Positions 23,576-24,000 of a stretch of DNA of 24,000 bases are shown piece by piece. Below the pieces are notes generated by a model that saw only the letters and a program-made list of their open reading frames with translations, was not told the DNA's origin and searched no databases. Source of the DNA: Anaerolinea sp. (GTDB taxonomy: Bacteria; Chloroflexota; Anaerolineae; SpSt-313); assembly GCA_020725765.1 (NCBI GenBank), contig DYEI01000232.1, positions 17,014 to 41,013 on the forward strand. Direction: 5' to 3'. Positions within the stretch are counted from its first letter, which is position 1, and every line of letters begins with the position of its first letter. A program made the position numbers and the translations under genes.

Positions 23576-24000
23576 CTATTCCGGACGCGACCGGTACACA
23601 TCGTTGATGGCCGAGAGGAGATCGCTGAGGCCGGAGACCTGCTCGCGGATGCTCTCGGCGATCCGCCGCGAGCGGGCAGAATCCACGTCGCTGGCTCTCA
23701 CCAGCAAGAGCTGGGAGTAGACGGTCGCAAGGGCGGTCAGCGTCGCTTCGAGCTGGATCTCGGCCCGCTCCATTGTGTTCTGTAGCCGCTCGAGGTTCTG
23801 CTGCTGGAGGCGCTTGCCGCGGATTGCCTCCTCGATCTCGGAGCGGACCGCCGCGTCTTCCTCCTGTGCCAGCCGCCTCTGGAGGTGCAGGAGGTCGGCC
23901 TGCACCCTGCTGCGGTCGTTCCTGATCAGGCTATCGCGCTCGTAAGCGTCTAGCCTTCGCGCGAGGCCAAAGATGTTGCCGATCCACTCGTTGATCCCCG
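23576..24000 (-). CDS. Hypothetical coiled-coil protein, 3' part only (5' end beyond the window)
   Basis: The frame is open from the window end to TAG at 23576. The track start at 23905 is merely an internal GTG. The sequence is E/R/Q/L-rich and heptad-like (LQRRLAQEEDAAVRSEIEEAIRGKRLQQQNLERLQN). No family recognised. Confidence 0.7.
   Translation of the reverse strand, partial: GINEWIGNIFGLARRLDAYERDSLIRNDRSRVQADLLHLQRRLAQEEDAAVRSEIEEAIRGKRLQQQNLERLQNTMERAEIQLEATLTALATVYSQLLLVRASDVDSARSRRIAESIREQVSGLSDLLSAINDVYRSRPE

Noticed and set aside
1-24000. Scan for CRISPR arrays, IS elements with inverted repeats, integrases, tRNA/rRNA genes and long direct repeats
   Set aside because: I saw no spacer-repeat periodicity, no transposase- or integrase-like ORF and no tRNA-like T-arm/acceptor pattern in any gap. 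The longest repeat I noticed is 9 nt. The window looks like core chromosome rather than an accessory island.

Overview
GC-rich bacterial chromosomal window, about 90% coding. 22 of the 25 confident genes are on the minus strand. Content is mostly housekeeping, and gene order follows the pattern known from Firmicutes and other Terrabacteria such as Chloroflexota/Thermomicrobia. The taxon cannot be determined from sequence alone.

Gene order, left to right:
- A plus-strand pair of unrecognised proteins, the first running off the 5' edge, ending at a clear intrinsic terminator.
- A long minus-strand series, listed here in its transcription order: rpmB (divergent, plus strand) | Asp23(yloU)-DAK2(yloV/fakA-like)-DegV-DegV-recG-coiled-coil protein | consensus promoter | yceD-rpmF-fabD-fabG-Asp23(yqhY-like)-nusB-tatA-tatC-Ptb-like phosphotransacylase-COG2403/CPGS-like P-loop NTPase.
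- A second minus-strand series: coiled-coil protein (3' part, off the right edge)-solute-binding lipoprotein-APH-like kinase | promoter plus about 160-nt leader | YqeC::MocA fusion-HAD-IIA phosphatase | promoter | YugP-type Zn peptidase-rlmN-rpe.

No rRNA, tRNA, CRISPR array, transposase/integrase or long repeat was seen.

Nothing here is a demonstrably novel system. The stretches most worth follow-up are:
1. The unrecognised two-gene module at the left edge.
2. The Ptb-like / P-loop NTPase pair that has no acyl kinase.
3. The YqeC::MocA fusion with its structured leader and a 39-codon upstream ORF.
4. The orphan binding protein coupled to a kinase-fold protein.
5. The co-located fatty-acid-kinase-type set (DAK2 protein plus two DegV).

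All functional calls rest on motif and family recognition by eye. No database search was run.
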